A stretch of DNA of 63,501 nt, counting the filler, from Deltaproteobacteria bacterium (GTDB taxonomy: Bacteria > JAUYMQ01), in assembly GCA_030698575.1 (NCBI GenBank). It is 8 parts of 8 records of this genome, joined end to end, with 100 filler letters (N's around TTAATTAATTAA, not from the genome) between each part and the next. Parts side by side here need not be neighbours in the genome. Positions count along the whole stretch, not along the records: positions 16,557 to 39,851 come from JAUYMQ010000446.1; positions 39,952 to 43,697 come from JAUYMQ010000448.1; positions 43,798 to 52,636 come from JAUYMQ010000449.1; 5 more parts are not named here. One strand, 5' to 3'. Made by a program: the position numbers and the translations under genes. This document shows, one piece after another, positions 39,209 through 50,354 of this stretch (position 1 is the first letter of the stretch; each line of letters opens with the position of its first letter). The notes below the pieces were generated by a model. It did no database searches. It was not told the DNA's origin and worked only from the letters and a program-made list of their open reading frames with translations.

Positions 39209-39622
39209 GTGCGCCTGTTGTTACGACTGCCGCTTTCGATCTGTCTGATTTTGGCCCAGACGGGCTGCGCCACCATCGTGAGCGGAACGCACGAGGACCT
39301 CGACATCCGATCGCTTCCTCCGCAAGCCAGCGTACGGATAGATGGCAGACCCGTTGGCGAGACGCCGCTCTCCATCGAAGTCGGCAGGGGTGACGAGCAC
39401 GAGGTTGCCTTCCACAAGCAGGGCTACCTCGACGATGTGCGCATGACGCGCAAGGCCTTCAACTGGTGGTTCGCGGGGAATATCCTGTTTGGCGGCATCG
39501 TGGGGATCATCATCGACATGATGGGCGGGGCTGCATACAAGGTCGACCCGAACCCGATCGACGTCACGCTCATCGAGGCCCCCCAGACGAGTCCCGCCGT
39601 CCCTGCAGCCGAAGCTCAATAA
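39209..39622 (+). CDS. PEGA-domain lipoprotein
   Basis: TGCATIVSG, S.PPQASVRIDG..GETP, GNILFGGIVG. Confidence 0.8.
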   Translation: MRLLLRLPLSICLILAQTGCATIVSGTHEDLDIRSLPPQASVRIDGRPVGETPLSIEVGRGDEHEVAFHKQGYLDDVRMTRKAFNWWFAGNILFGGIVGIIIDMMGGAAYKVDPNPIDVTLIEAPQTSPAVPAAEAQ

Positions 39623-39672
39623 GCAGCCGCACTGACCTGCTTTGAGAATAATCGCCTGTGCGAGGCCGGATC

Positions 39673-39851
39673 ATGAGAACGGTCTTCGTTCTGATCCATC
39701 AGCTCATCAGGTTCGCATTTCACGCGGTTGCTTGCTTCCTCCTTGCATTCGGGCTCGCGGCCCTGCCGGCGGCGATCTCCTTCCGGAAGCTCTATCCCGA
39801 AGGGCTGGACGCCCGGTTCCTGACGCTCGCTGACGGATGGATCGAGATGGG
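39673..39851 (+). CDS. Hypothetical membrane protein (3' truncated)
   Basis: Hydrophobic ORF running into the linker. Confidence 0.35.
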
Positions 39852-39951
39852 NNNNNNNNNNNNNNNNNNNNNNNNNNNNNNNNNNNNNNNNNNNNTTAAT
39901 TAATTAANNNNNNNNNNNNNNNNNNNNNNNNNNNNNNNNNNNNNNNNNNNN
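39852..39951. other. Artificial contig linker
   Basis: N44-TTAATTAATTAA-N44. Confidence 0.99.
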
Positions 39952-41262
39952 TGTATTTCCCCACGCATGCCGATTGATATAGTCGAGTACTCCTCGGTGA
40001 AACGCGTCCTCGCCCACCCACATTTCAACCATGTGCAGGATGGTCTTGCCCTTCTCGTACGCGAGCATGAGGTCTTCCTCGATGTCGTCGGGCGAATCGA
40101 CCGTCTTACGTATCGCGCTCGATGAAGGGCGCGCGTCTCCAACCATTATGTTCTGCGAACCCTGCACCTCACTCACCTCGATGTTGTACTCGGGGAAAAG
40201 ACCGTTGCAGATCTTGTCGCCCAGCCAGTCGGCGAACGATTCGTTGAGCCACAGGTCGTCCCACCACGACATGGTCACAAGATCGCCGAACCACATGTGG
40301 GCGAACTCGTGCGTCGTGACGCGCGCGAGCGTGCGTCGTTGGCTCACGCTCGCCGTCTCGCTGTCCAGGAGTAGTAGCCCGTCCTTGTAGGTGACGGCAC
40401 CGGGATTCTCCATGGCCCCCGGCCAGTACTCCGGAACCGCAATAAGATCGAGCTTCTTGTACGGATAGGCCCGTCCGAACCACTTCTCTAGGGCTCCGAG
40501 TGCTTTGGGGGCTACCTGCACCGCCAGCCCCGTAAGATGTTTCTGTCCCTGCGTACAGTAGACGCGTCCGGGCACCGACATACCGGTGATCTCGACCGAC
40601 TCTAACGGACCTGCCGCAATCGCGAGCAGATACGACGGCATCGGTGGCGTCCTCTCGAACACCACGGTCTTATGGCCGTCGGCCCGGGTTTCCGTCGCGA
40701 CGGGCGTGTTCGTAACGATCTCCTGGTCCTCCGGGATCCGAATCGTCATCTGCCACTCAATCTTGTAGCCCGGTTCATCCCAGCACGGGAAGGCCTTGCG
40801 CGCGTCGACGGCTTCGAACTGCGTGAAGAGATAGCCGATACCGCCCTCGGTAATCCGGTAGAGACCCACGGCCTTGGTGTTGTAGTCCTTGGCGAATGCA
40901 ATTTCCAACGCATAGTCGCCGGGCGCAAGATCGACGGACGCACGCGCGGTGACAAATCCACCATCGCGCAACTCGCACTCGAGCGGAATCGCGTCTCCGT
41001 CGCCGCCGGTCAACCGGGCACTCTCGATGGTCATTTCCTCGGCGTGGAATTCGAGCTCCCGCGTGGGCTTGGCTACGCGTACATCTATGCGCACCGAACC
41101 CCTGTAATCCTTGCTTGTAGCGTCGATATCGAGAGACACCGCCTCGAACGCAGGTGACACGGCTGAGTCGAGGCGTCCGTTGGTGTCGGCGCACGCGACG
41201 GGGGCGCCGAAAATGAGGAAGAGCAGAGACAACCGGGCGGCCATACGTACTAACCTGGTCAT
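39952..41262 (-). CDS. M1 family aminopeptidase (3' truncated)
   Basis: TQFE..ARKAFPCWDEP, GAMEN, HEFAH..WLNES, AYEKG. Confidence 0.95.
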
Positions 41263-41921
41263 GTGGCTTCTCCTTACGCGTGAACGGCCGCATTCGGGAA
41301 TGACCTGGGGCAGAGACATCCCTGCGGCCGAAAAACTCGGTTACAATCGGCGGGAATATAGCACACAGCCCAGTACGCTGAGCTCGGCCGATTGGTTGCC
41401 TGAAAATGATGCATTTGCATTATTGAAGGGGCCGCCAGTCGTGGGCATAGTAAGTACGTGGGCGGCATCCGCCCGCTCGATCACCCTGTTCCTCGGGAAG
41501 GAGGTGGGGGGTAACCGGCCAAACCCGGCGGTGGAGCGCGATGTTTTGGCGGCTCTGCACCCGGGAAAGTTCGCATTCGTCGGGATGCGGTGGTGGTGTG
41601 GAAGTCCAGGCGCTCGCGTACGCGATCCTCCGCGGCGCGAGACGATGAATGTGGCTTTGCTACGCGACGAACCTTACTGACTTTTACCAAACGTGGGTGG
41701 TCACGGCCGAAAGACCGAAACGCAAACTTCTTGGGCAGGCATGCGGCTTCATATTTATCGCGGACAGCTACCCTTGCGAAGCGCCAGAGACCCCACTCAA
41801 TCCCCGGAGTCTCTGGCGCACCTCTTTTTGTGAACCACGCCTACGCGACTCATGTGCGAGCACTTGACGTTGGGAGATGCACATTCGGAGACTCCGTGCT
41901 ATGCTCCATCCGGAGGGACGC

Positions 41922-42593
41922 ATGGACAACTCACCGACCGGCCGCGGGAGTGACCCCGATATGCTGCGCGGCTGGGTACCACACTGGGTCGACCTGCTGG
42001 GCATGCCGGTCTGGGTGACTGGCGCCGACGGCAATGTCGCCTTCATCAATTCCCGCGCCGAAGAACTTCTCGGCAAGCCCGCGCAATCGTGTCTGGGGCA
42101 TCCCTGCTACGAGGCAGTGGGTGGCCTCTCGCTCGATGGTTCGCCGTTTTGCACGCCGAATTGCCCAGTGCATCGACTCGCCGCAGGTGGGCGTGAGATA
42201 GAGCCCTATCCCCTGCGAATACCGAAGTCAGGCAAGCGCGACGAGATATTGCGCGTTGTGGTTATTGTCTCGCGACCACCCGGCCAGGACGGGGGGAGTT
42301 TCGTGCATTGCATTGTCGACGACGCACGGCACGAACGTTTCAAGAACTACCTCGACAAAGTGGTGGCGCGCTCGCGCAAGCCGGCGGAGCTCTCGCTCGA
42401 CGCTTTCGCGCTCACGCGGCGTGAGCGCGAAGTGCTGCGGCTGCTCGCAGAAGACGAATCGCTGCACTCGATAGCGCACCGCTTCAACCTGTCGTACGCG
42501 ACGGTGCGCAACCATTCTCAGCACATCCTCAAGAAACTGCGGGTGCACTCCATTCTCGAGGCCATCGCCCTCTATCTCCTCATCGAGGACTAA
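41922..42593 (+). CDS. PAS-domain LuxR-type transcriptional regulator
   Basis: INSRAEELLG PAS segment; LTRREREVL..TVRNH..ILKKL HTH. Confidence 0.88.
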   Translation: MDNSPTGRGSDPDMLRGWVPHWVDLLGMPVWVTGADGNVAFINSRAEELLGKPAQSCLGHPCYEAVGGLSLDGSPFCTPNCPVHRLAAGGREIEPYPLRIPKSGKRDEILRVVVIVSRPPGQDGGSFVHCIVDDARHERFKNYLDKVVARSRKPAELSLDAFALTRREREVLRLLAEDESLHSIAHRFNLSYATVRNHSQHILKKLRVHSILEAIALYLLIED

Positions 42594-42618
42594 CCCGGCC
42601 CGCGTCAGGCTGCCCGCA

Positions 42619-43697
42619 TTACACCTCTTCGAAGGCCGCTGTAAAGTGCCGCAGGAACGGCGGGTTGTTGGTGATGCGCAGGCCCCGCATCGCCGCGCGC
42701 TGATCGAGGAGTTCGCCGCACGCTTCCAGAACGTAGTCGATGTGGCTTTGCGTGTACACGCGCCTCGGAATCGCGAGTCGAACGAGTTCCACGGGCGGGG
42801 CGGCGTGGCCCCCGCCCCCGAACATCACACTGCCGATCTCCACCGCGCGGATGCCGGCATGACGATACAACGCCACCACCAGCGCCTGCCCGGGAAACTG
42901 CGCGGGCGGGATGTGCGGGCAGAAAGATCCGGCATCGATATATATCGCGTGTCCGCCTGGCGGCTCGACGATGGCGTAACCCATCTTGAGCAGCTTCTCG
43001 CCGAGATACTCGGTCGAGCGGAGCCGGTATTGAAGGTAGTCCTCGTGCACGACCTCCTGGAAGCCCTGGGCCATTGCCTCGAGGTCGCGCCCGGCCAGAC
43101 CGCCGTAAGTGACGAATCCCTCGGTGAGAATCAGCAGGGCGTCCGCGCGCTGCGCGAGTTCTTCGTCCTTGAGTAACAGGACGCCACCAATATTTACGAG
43201 TCCATCTTTCTTCGCGCTGATCGTCGCTCCGTCGGCGAGGTCAAACATGTCGCGAACGATCTCCCTCACGCTTCGGTCGGCCTGGCCCGGTTCGCGTCGT
43301 TTGATGAAATAGGCGTTTTCCGCAAAACGGCACGCGTCCAGAAAAAATGGAATCCGGTGGCGATCGCAGACCCGTCGAACCGCGCGTAGATTCTCCAGGC
43401 TCACCGGTTGTCCGCCGCCCGAGTTGTTCGTAATGGTAACCATCACCAGGGGCACATGATCGCGCCCCACGCGTTCGATGAGTTCCTCGAGCTTGCGGAT
43501 GTCCATGTTGCCCTTGAACGGGTGACGCAGAGATGGCTGCTTCCCTTCGTCTATCACCAGGTCCCCCGCCTGCGCGCCCGAGTGCTCGATGTTGGCGCGC
43601 GTCGTGTCGAAGTGGTTGTTGTTGGGCACGACCTGTCCCGGTCCGCCCACGAGCTCGAACAGAATCCTCTCCGCGGCCCGGCCCTGGTGCGTCGGGA
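42619..43697 (-). CDS. tnaA: Tryptophanase (5' truncated)
   Basis: THQGRAAE, HFDTTRAN, SAKKD PLP lysine, FLRHFTA (Trpase-type rather than TPL-type). Confidence 0.88.
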
Positions 43698-43797
43698 NNN
43701 NNNNNNNNNNNNNNNNNNNNNNNNNNNNNNNNNNNNNNNNNTTAATTAATTAANNNNNNNNNNNNNNNNNNNNNNNNNNNNNNNNNNNNNNNNNNNN
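43698..43797. other. Artificial contig linker
   Basis: N44-TTAATTAATTAA-N44. Confidence 0.99.
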
Positions 43798-43798
43798 G

Positions 43799-44536
43799 AT
43801 GCTGCGCCCCTATCCGGCCGTGCTGCAGAAGCTGTTCGATCAGAATTTCGGATCCGGCCGCATCCAGGTAATGAACTTCGGGATTATAGGCTACTCGAGC
43901 TTTCACGGGCTCCGAGTCCTGCGGCGCGAGGTGCTCGCCTACGATCCCGATTACGTCATCATCCGCTTTGGCTGGAACGATCTGCTGGCGTCGCCGACGG
44001 GGAAATCCTTCGCCAGTGTGCACAACCCTTGGCTGGAACGGCTGGAGGATCTCGCCTACAGGAGCCGCCTCTTTGCCCTCCTCATGTACCGCGGCGTGCC
44101 TTTGGGGCAGACGGGCATGCGGACAGAAGGTGATGGCGGCGGGCCCGTCCCGTGGGTGACGGAGGTAGAGTACGCCTGGAACCTTTCGCGCATGATCGAC
44201 CTGGCCCGCGCGCACGGGGCGATACCGATTCTCCTCGACGCCCCGGCGGCGCCCATCACCCCGGAGATGCGCGCGAACAAGTTGTTCATCGCCTCGACCG
44301 GATTTGAATCATTCGAACAATACCTCGCTGCGCACGATCGCTACCAGGTGATCACGGAGCGTGTGGCCGCCGAAAAGGATGTCCAGTTCCTGCGAACCGC
44401 GCCGTCGCCGGAGGAGGCGCCGAAGTACTTCACGGCCTTTGACATCCCCCATCCGAACCAGGCGGGGCAGGATCGCATCGCCTATCGCCTCAACGCGGAA
44501 TTGACGCCGACGCTGGTCAGGAAGATGCGGCGTTGA
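43799..44536 (+). CDS. SGNH/GDSL hydrolase paralog 1 (5' truncated)
   Basis: NFGIIGYSS, FGWND, DIPHP. Confidence 0.85.
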   Translation: MLRPYPAVLQKLFDQNFGSGRIQVMNFGIIGYSSFHGLRVLRREVLAYDPDYVIIRFGWNDLLASPTGKSFASVHNPWLERLEDLAYRSRLFALLMYRGVPLGQTGMRTEGDGGGPVPWVTEVEYAWNLSRMIDLARAHGAIPILLDAPAAPITPEMRANKLFIASTGFESFEQYLAAHDRYQVITERVAAEKDVQFLRTAPSPEEAPKYFTAFDIPHPNQAGQDRIAYRLNAELTPTLVRKMRR

Positions 44537-44559
44537 GGGGGCGAGGGGGTCCATGCGCC

Positions 44560-44588
44560 TTGACGGAAACAGCCCCTTCGACTATAAA
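44560..44588 (+). promoter_or_regulatory. sigma70 promoter of tRNA-Gly
   Basis: TTGACG-N17-TATAAA. Confidence 0.7.
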
Positions 44589-44603
44589 GATCGCCGGAAT
44601 TGC

Positions 44604-44678
44604 GCGGGTGTAACTCAGTGGTAGAGTGCGACCTTGCCAAGGTCGATGTCGTGGGTTCGACTCCCATCACCCGCTCCA
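44604..44678 (+). tRNA. tRNA-Gly (GCC)
   Basis: Cloverleaf, anticodon GCC, GTTCGA T-loop, encoded CCA. Confidence 0.97.
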
Positions 44679-44768
44679 TTAGAAGCGAGCCCTGGCCGGG
44701 AGGCCGGGGCTCGTGATTCCGGGCCGGCGCGGGGCGGGACCGCGGCGCATACGGAAAGGGCGAAGCGC

Positions 44769-45842
44769 TTGAGGAAAGTCGGAAAATCGCTCATCAGCCT
44801 CGTCGTCACGTTGCTGATTCTGGAGGCTGTCGTCCGGACGACGGACGTTGAAACCCGAATCTTCGGCGACCCCTACGGCAAGGTATTGACGATGCTGACC
44901 TACATCGTGCCGGACGCCTACCTGCAGTGGCGGGGTCGGAAGTTCATGCCGATGGCGACATTCGAGGAGAAACTGAATACGCGAGGGTTCCGCGCCCCCG
45001 AGGTGATCCCGCCCAAGCCGCCCGGCGTGAAGCGGATCGCGGTGCTGGGCGATTCGGCCTCCTTCGGGATCGTGGCGGTCGCTGTCGGGCACTTCGCGAC
45101 CCCGCTCCCCTACGCAAGCATCCTCCAGGACATCTTCGATCAGGAACTGGGGACGGGGCGGGTTGAGGTTCTGAACTTCGCCATGATCGGCTACAGCACC
45201 TTCCAGGGGATCCGGGTGCTCAAGCGCGAAGTGCTTCCCATCGAGCCCGATATCGTCGTGATCCGCTTCGGATGGAACGATCACATGACGTCGTCGCTCC
45301 AGCGCTCCTACGCGGTCCCCCGTCCGCTGTGGAAGGAAAAGCTCCAGGATCTCTTCTTCAAGAGCCGGTTCCTGACCCTGCTCACCTATAGAGGCCTGCC
45401 GATGGATCTGATGCGAAAGGAGCAGATCTATTACGCGCCGGGCCCGAACCCTATCGTCTGGGTCAAGCGGGAGGATTACGCTTACCATCTTTCGCGCATG
45501 ATCGACATCGCCCGCGAGCACGGCGCCCGCGCCATTCTGCTCGATGCGCGGCCGGCGCCGATCACGCCCGAGATCCTGAAAGACCAGCTCTTCGTCGACG
45601 CGACGGGGTACGAAACGCTCGATCAGCTCCTTGCTGCCCACGCGAGCTATCAGGAGATCGCCGCCCGCGTGGCCCGCGAGAAGGGCGTTCCTTTCGTCCG
45701 CACCGACGCCCCTCCGGACCAGGCCGCCCGCAACTTCAGCCCCGTCGACATCGCGCATCCCTCCGCCGAGGGGCACAAGTGGATAGCTCACAGGATCCAC
45801 GACGAGATTGCGGATATGGTCACGGCGAACACCTCCCCGTGA
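44769..45842 (+). CDS. SGNH/GDSL hydrolase paralog 2
   Basis: N-terminal TM, GDS, FGWND, DIAHP. Confidence 0.88.
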   Translation: MRKVGKSLISLVVTLLILEAVVRTTDVETRIFGDPYGKVLTMLTYIVPDAYLQWRGRKFMPMATFEEKLNTRGFRAPEVIPPKPPGVKRIAVLGDSASFGIVAVAVGHFATPLPYASILQDIFDQELGTGRVEVLNFAMIGYSTFQGIRVLKREVLPIEPDIVVIRFGWNDHMTSSLQRSYAVPRPLWKEKLQDLFFKSRFLTLLTYRGLPMDLMRKEQIYYAPGPNPIVWVKREDYAYHLSRMIDIAREHGARAILLDARPAPITPEILKDQLFVDATGYETLDQLLAAHASYQEIAARVAREKGVPFVRTDAPPDQAARNFSPVDIAHPSAEGHKWIAHRIHDEIADMVTANTSP

Positions 45843-46906
45843 CCGCGCGCAGACTGCTCAAGGCGCTGATCAGCCTCTCGCTGACCCTCCTGCTTGTCGA
45901 GGGGGCTGTCCGTCTCACGGACTTCGACAAGCAGATTCTGGGTGATCCTTTCAAGGACGGGCCGCTTCTCTTCCAGATGTACCTTCCCGACAGCTTCCTG
46001 CAGTGGCGCAACCGTCCGGGTTTGTACCTGGAATGGTCGGGCGTCACGCTCAACGACCGGGGCTACCGGGGGCCGGACGTGAAGACCGTCAAGCGGGAGG
46101 GGGTGCGGCGCATCGCCGTGGTGGGCGACTCTTGCACCTTCGGCGTGATCTCCATCCGGAGAGCGGCCTTCGAGATGCCCCGGAGCTATGCGGAGCTGCT
46201 TCAGGACGTTCTCGATCGGGAGGCAGGGCCCGGACGGTACGAGGTGCTCAATTACGGCGTGATGGGCTACACGACCTACCACGGGCTCAGGCTTCTCCGC
46301 CGGCAGGTGATCCATGACGACCCGGATTACCTGGTCATCCGTTTCGGCTGGAACGACCACCTCGCCTCGGCCGCCTTACGACCCTTCTCGAGCGTGACGA
46401 ACCCCTGGCTGGAGAAGCTGGAGGATCTCGCCTACGGAAGCCGGCTCTACGCGCTGCTCCGTTACGAGAGAATGCCCGCCGAGGCTGTGACGCGGGGCGG
46501 AAGCTGGGTGCCCTCCGCAACCCCCATCGTCCAGGTTACCCCCGAGGCCTATGCCCGGCACCTCTCGCGCATGATCGATATCGGCCGTGCCCACGGAACT
46601 CGCCCCATCCTGCTCGACGCGCCTCCCGCGCCGCTTTCGCCGGAAATCCTCGCCGACAAGCAGTTCCTCAAGGGAACGGGGTACAACAGCTACGACAGAC
46701 TGATTGAAGTGCATGCGATGTATCAGGCGATCGCGGCTCGCGTGGCGACGGAGAAAGGGGTGCCGTTCGTTCGCACGGAGGCGCCCCCCGGCGAGGCCCC
46801 GCGCTACTTCAGCCGGTACGATATCGCGCACCCGAACGCCGAGGGACACGCGCGGATAGCGAAGTTCCTCCACGAGAAAATTCGCGCCATGGAGGAGGGG
46901 GAGTAA
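45839..46906 (+). CDS. SGNH/GDSL hydrolase paralog 3
   Basis: N-terminal TM, GDSCTFG, FGWND, DIAHP. Confidence 0.88.
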   Translation: MTARRLLKALISLSLTLLLVEGAVRLTDFDKQILGDPFKDGPLLFQMYLPDSFLQWRNRPGLYLEWSGVTLNDRGYRGPDVKTVKREGVRRIAVVGDSCTFGVISIRRAAFEMPRSYAELLQDVLDREAGPGRYEVLNYGVMGYTTYHGLRLLRRQVIHDDPDYLVIRFGWNDHLASAALRPFSSVTNPWLEKLEDLAYGSRLYALLRYERMPAEAVTRGGSWVPSATPIVQVTPEAYARHLSRMIDIGRAHGTRPILLDAPPAPLSPEILADKQFLKGTGYNSYDRLIEVHAMYQAIAARVATEKGVPFVRTEAPPGEAPRYFSRYDIAHPNAEGHARIAKFLHEKIRAMEEGE

Positions 46907-46921
46907 GGGGCTGGCGCCCTG

Positions 46922-46951
46922 TTGACGGCCCCGCAGGGCGACCCCTATACT
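46922..46951 (+). promoter_or_regulatory. sigma70 promoter of tRNA-Cys
   Basis: TTGACG-N18-TATACT. Confidence 0.65.
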
Positions 46952-46969
46952 CGTCGCGCTTGATCTTTC

Positions 46970-47044
46970 GGCGGCGTAGCCAAGTGGTAAGGCAAGGGTC
47001 TGCAAAACCCTCATGCACCGGTTCAAATCCGGTCGCCGCCTCCA
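46970..47044 (+). tRNA. tRNA-Cys (GCA)
   Basis: Cloverleaf, anticodon GCA, encoded CCA. Confidence 0.97.
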
Positions 47045-47393
47045 AATTCGCGCCTTCCGGCCAGAGGGCCCTACGAGAGCAGGATCCCGTCTCCGGCGCC
47101 TGACGGGCGCCACCCGCTTCCCGGCCCGTGGGAGCGGCGCCCACGCCGCACCTTCCTCCACCACCGAGAGAAGGGCTTGAGCGCCACCGGCCGCGCGCCG
47201 ATAGACAGAGGCTCGAACGCGCCGGGGCAGGGCGGTGCGGGCAGGCGCGCGGAGGCGCTTTTCCTTATTGAGGGCGCGGGTTTACAAGCACCCACCGTTT
47301 CGATAGAGTGCTCTTTCGCCCCCGCGCGCGCCGTAGAGGGGCCTTGAAGCGGCCTCGAAACAGGGCCTCGAAACAGAAGGACGCAGGGGAGTC

Positions 47394-48281
47394 ATGGCCG
47401 AGCCAGCCACCGGGGACGGGCGGATCCTTCGCGCGGTCAACCTCTTCTATGAAGAGAACCCCTTTCCCGGCTTTGATCCGAACAAGTACCGGACCCGCGA
47501 GGACCTGGACCGCCAGGCCAGCTGGTGGGCGCACAAGCTCGACGCCGAGATCCCCTTCGACGCCGACGTGCTCGATGCCGGGTGCGGGACCGGGCAGCTT
47601 GCCTGCTTCCTCGGGTTGAAGGGCCGCCGCGTGATGGGCGTCGACTATTCCCAGCACTCGCTTGATCTGGCCGCTACGGTGCGCGACCGACTGCATCTCG
47701 ACACGGTCCACTTTCAGCGCGAGAACCTGCTCGAGCTGAGCCTGCCGGACAGGTCGTTCGACTACGTCTTCTGCAACGGGGTGCTTCATCACACGAGCGA
47801 TCCCTACGGTGGATTCAAGGATCTCGTGCGCATCACCCGGCCGGGCGGGTTCGTGATCATCGGGCTCTACAACAAGTTCGGGCGCCTCATGCTCCACGTG
47901 CGGCGGCGGGTTGTGCGGCTGCAGATGAAGTTCGACAAAAACGCGCGGGACAAGGCGCTCGAGAAGCAGCTCGTGAAGCTCGAGGATGATTCAGAGAAGC
48001 GGCGCACCTGGTGGGCCGATCAGTACGAGCACCCGCACGAGAGCGTGCACACGGTGGATGAGACCCTCGATTGGTTCCGCCGCAACGGCGTGAAATACGT
48101 CAGCTCCTTTCCGAAGGCGGAGCTGTTCTCCTCCTCCGAAGTGGAGAAGATCTTTCGGCCCCGTCGTTCGAACCGCCTGTTCAGCAGCCGTGCGGCCCAT
48201 CTCCTGGTTCAGCTCGCCTGGATAGTGACGCAGAACGGCGGCGGCGGTTACTACGTGATGGTGGGACAGAGGACGGAATAG
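47394..48281 (+). CDS. Class I SAM-dependent methyltransferase
   Basis: VLDAGCGTG, FDYVFCNGVLHH, DQYEHPHE. Confidence 0.92.
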   Translation: MAEPATGDGRILRAVNLFYEENPFPGFDPNKYRTREDLDRQASWWAHKLDAEIPFDADVLDAGCGTGQLACFLGLKGRRVMGVDYSQHSLDLAATVRDRLHLDTVHFQRENLLELSLPDRSFDYVFCNGVLHHTSDPYGGFKDLVRITRPGGFVIIGLYNKFGRLMLHVRRRVVRLQMKFDKNARDKALEKQLVKLEDDSEKRRTWWADQYEHPHESVHTVDETLDWFRRNGVKYVSSFPKAELFSSSEVEKIFRPRRSNRLFSSRAAHLLVQLAWIVTQNGGGGYYVMVGQRTE

Positions 48282-48286
48282 AACCC

Positions 48287-50023
48287 ATGGATGTGCTCGG
48301 GATCTCAGCTTTCTACCATGACGCGGCGGCCTGCCTCCTGCGGGACGGCGAGATCGTAGCCGCAGCTTCAGAAGAGCGCTTCACCCGCAAGAAGCACGAT
48401 GCCGACTTCCCCGAGAACGCCATCAAGTACGTGCTGCAGGAGGGGAGGGTTCGCGCGGACGATCTCGCGTACGTCGGTTTCTACGAGAAGCCCTTCGTCA
48501 AGTTCAAGCGCATTCTCTTCACGCACCTCGCCTGCTTCCCGATGTCGCTCAAGCCTTTCCTGAAGGCCATTCCCTCCTGGCTCCAGGAGAAGCTGCTCAT
48601 TCCGAGCATCATCCGGCAGAACCTCGGTTACGAGGGAGAGGTGCTCATGATCGAGCACCATCTGTCCCACGCGGCCTCGGCCTACCTCCTGTCGCCTTTC
48701 CGCGAGGCGGCCATTCTCACGGTCGACGGCGTGGGCGAGTGGTCGACGGCGACCTACGGAAGGGGCAAGGACAACGCGATCGATCTCTTCAAGGAGATTC
48801 GCTTTCCACACTCGCTCGGACTGCTCTACTCGGCCTTCACCTACTACCTGGGTTTCACCGTCAACAGCGCCGAGTACAAGGTCATGGGGCTGGCGCCCTA
48901 CGGCGAGCCCCGCTACGTCGATCAAATTTACAAGCTCATCGAGGTGCGCGACGACGGCAGCTTCCACCTCGACATGCGCTACTTCAACTACCTGAGCGGC
49001 CTGACCATGACGAACCGCAAGTTCGACGAGCTGTTCGGCGGGCCGCCGCGCGCTGCCGAGGGCGCTATGGAGCAGCGCCACAAGGATCTCGCCGCGAGCG
49101 TGCAACGGGTGACCGAGGACGTGATGCTCCGGATGGCCAATCATCTCGGCCGCGTGACGGGAAGCCGGAACCTCTGCCTGGCGGGGGGTGTGGCGCTGAA
49201 CTGCGTGGCCAACGGACGGATACTGAGGGAAGGGCCCTTCGACGAGCTGTTCGTCCAGCCGGCCGCCGGCGACGCCGGGGGCGCCATTGGCGTCGCAAGC
49301 TACATCTACCACACGCTTCTCGAGAACAAGCGCAGCTTTGTCATGCGCCACGCCTTCACCGGCCCGGGCTACAACGACGAAGAGGTGCGAAGCTTCCTCG
49401 ATCTGAACGAGATTCCCTACGTCCCGCTCGAGCGAGACGAGCTGCTGCGCCGCGTTGCCCAGCTCATCGCAGATCAGCAGGTGGTGGGGTGGTTCCAGGG
49501 GCGCATGGAGTTCGGGCCGCGTGCCCTGGGCAACCGCAGCATCCTGGCCGACCCGCGCAATGCCGAGAACCGTGACCGGGTGAATCTGAAGATAAAGTTC
49601 CGTGAGAGCTTCCGCCCCTTTGCGCCGGCGATCCTGAAGGAGCGGTGCAAGGAGTACTTCGAACTCGATTCGGAGAGCCCCTTCATGCTCCTCGTGGCCC
49701 AGGTCCGCCCGGACCACCGGGTCATTCCCTCGGTGACGCATGTGGACGGCTCGGCGCGCGTGCAGACGGTGGACCGCGAGTCGAACCCGCTCTTCTACGA
49801 TCTCATCCAGGCGTTCGATGCCATCACGGGCGTGCCGGTCCTGATCAATACCTCGTTCAACGTGCGAGGCGAGCCGATCGTCTGCACGCCGGCGGATGCC
49901 TATCGCTGCTTCGTGGAGACGGGGATGGACGTCCTCGTGCTCGGAAATTTTTTTCTCGACAAGAGCAAGGATCTGCCCCGGATCGCTTCGATCGACTGGG
50001 ACAGGCCCTTTCAACCGGATTGA
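48287..50023 (+). CDS. NodU/CmcH-family O-carbamoyltransferase
   Basis: GISAFYHDAAA, EHHLSHAASA, EYKVMGLAPYG, GPRALGNRSILADPR, FRPFAP, NTSFN. Confidence 0.95.
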   Translation: MDVLGISAFYHDAAACLLRDGEIVAAASEERFTRKKHDADFPENAIKYVLQEGRVRADDLAYVGFYEKPFVKFKRILFTHLACFPMSLKPFLKAIPSWLQEKLLIPSIIRQNLGYEGEVLMIEHHLSHAASAYLLSPFREAAILTVDGVGEWSTATYGRGKDNAIDLFKEIRFPHSLGLLYSAFTYYLGFTVNSAEYKVMGLAPYGEPRYVDQIYKLIEVRDDGSFHLDMRYFNYLSGLTMTNRKFDELFGGPPRAAEGAMEQRHKDLAASVQRVTEDVMLRMANHLGRVTGSRNLCLAGGVALNCVANGRILREGPFDELFVQPAAGDAGGAIGVASYIYHTLLENKRSFVMRHAFTGPGYNDEEVRSFLDLNEIPYVPLERDELLRRVAQLIADQQVVGWFQGRMEFGPRALGNRSILADPRNAENRDRVNLKIKFRESFRPFAPAILKERCKEYFELDSESPFMLLVAQVRPDHRVIPSVTHVDGSARVQTVDRESNPLFYDLIQAFDAITGVPVLINTSFNVRGEPIVCTPADAYRCFVETGMDVLVLGNFFLDKSKDLPRIASIDWDRPFQPD

Positions 50024-50027
50024 TCCG

Positions 50028-50264
50028 ATGGCGCTGTGGAAATCCATCAAGTCAGGCTGGATGGCCTTCGCCCACAAGCTGGGGAAGATCAATACGGCCA
50101 TCCTTCTCTCGATCGTCTATTTCGTGACGCTCGGCCCGATCTCCCTGGGCGCGCGCGTGCTCATCGGCGATCTGCTCGGGATTCGCGCGAAGGAAGGAGA
50201 GTCTTTCGCGTCGCCACCGGAGAACGTGACGGTCACGATGGAGAGGGCGCACAAACAGTTCTGA
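50028..50264 (+). CDS. SxtJ-family small membrane protein
   Basis: WMAFAHKLG.IN..ILL..YF..LGPI..D.L; ends KQF. Confidence 0.8.
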   Translation: MALWKSIKSGWMAFAHKLGKINTAILLSIVYFVTLGPISLGARVLIGDLLGIRAKEGESFASPPENVTVTMERAHKQF

Positions 50265-50354
50265 GGCGGCGCGTCGCGGTGGGGCCGGTTGCCGTGCAGC
50301 CGGCCGCCCGGGCGCCGAGATGAATAACGCCGGGGGACGGTTCCAGGAGGCAGT

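Noticed and set aside
41320-41900. Long intergenic region between the M1 peptidase and the LuxR regulator
   Set aside because: No convincing ORF, riboswitch or repeat recognised by eye.
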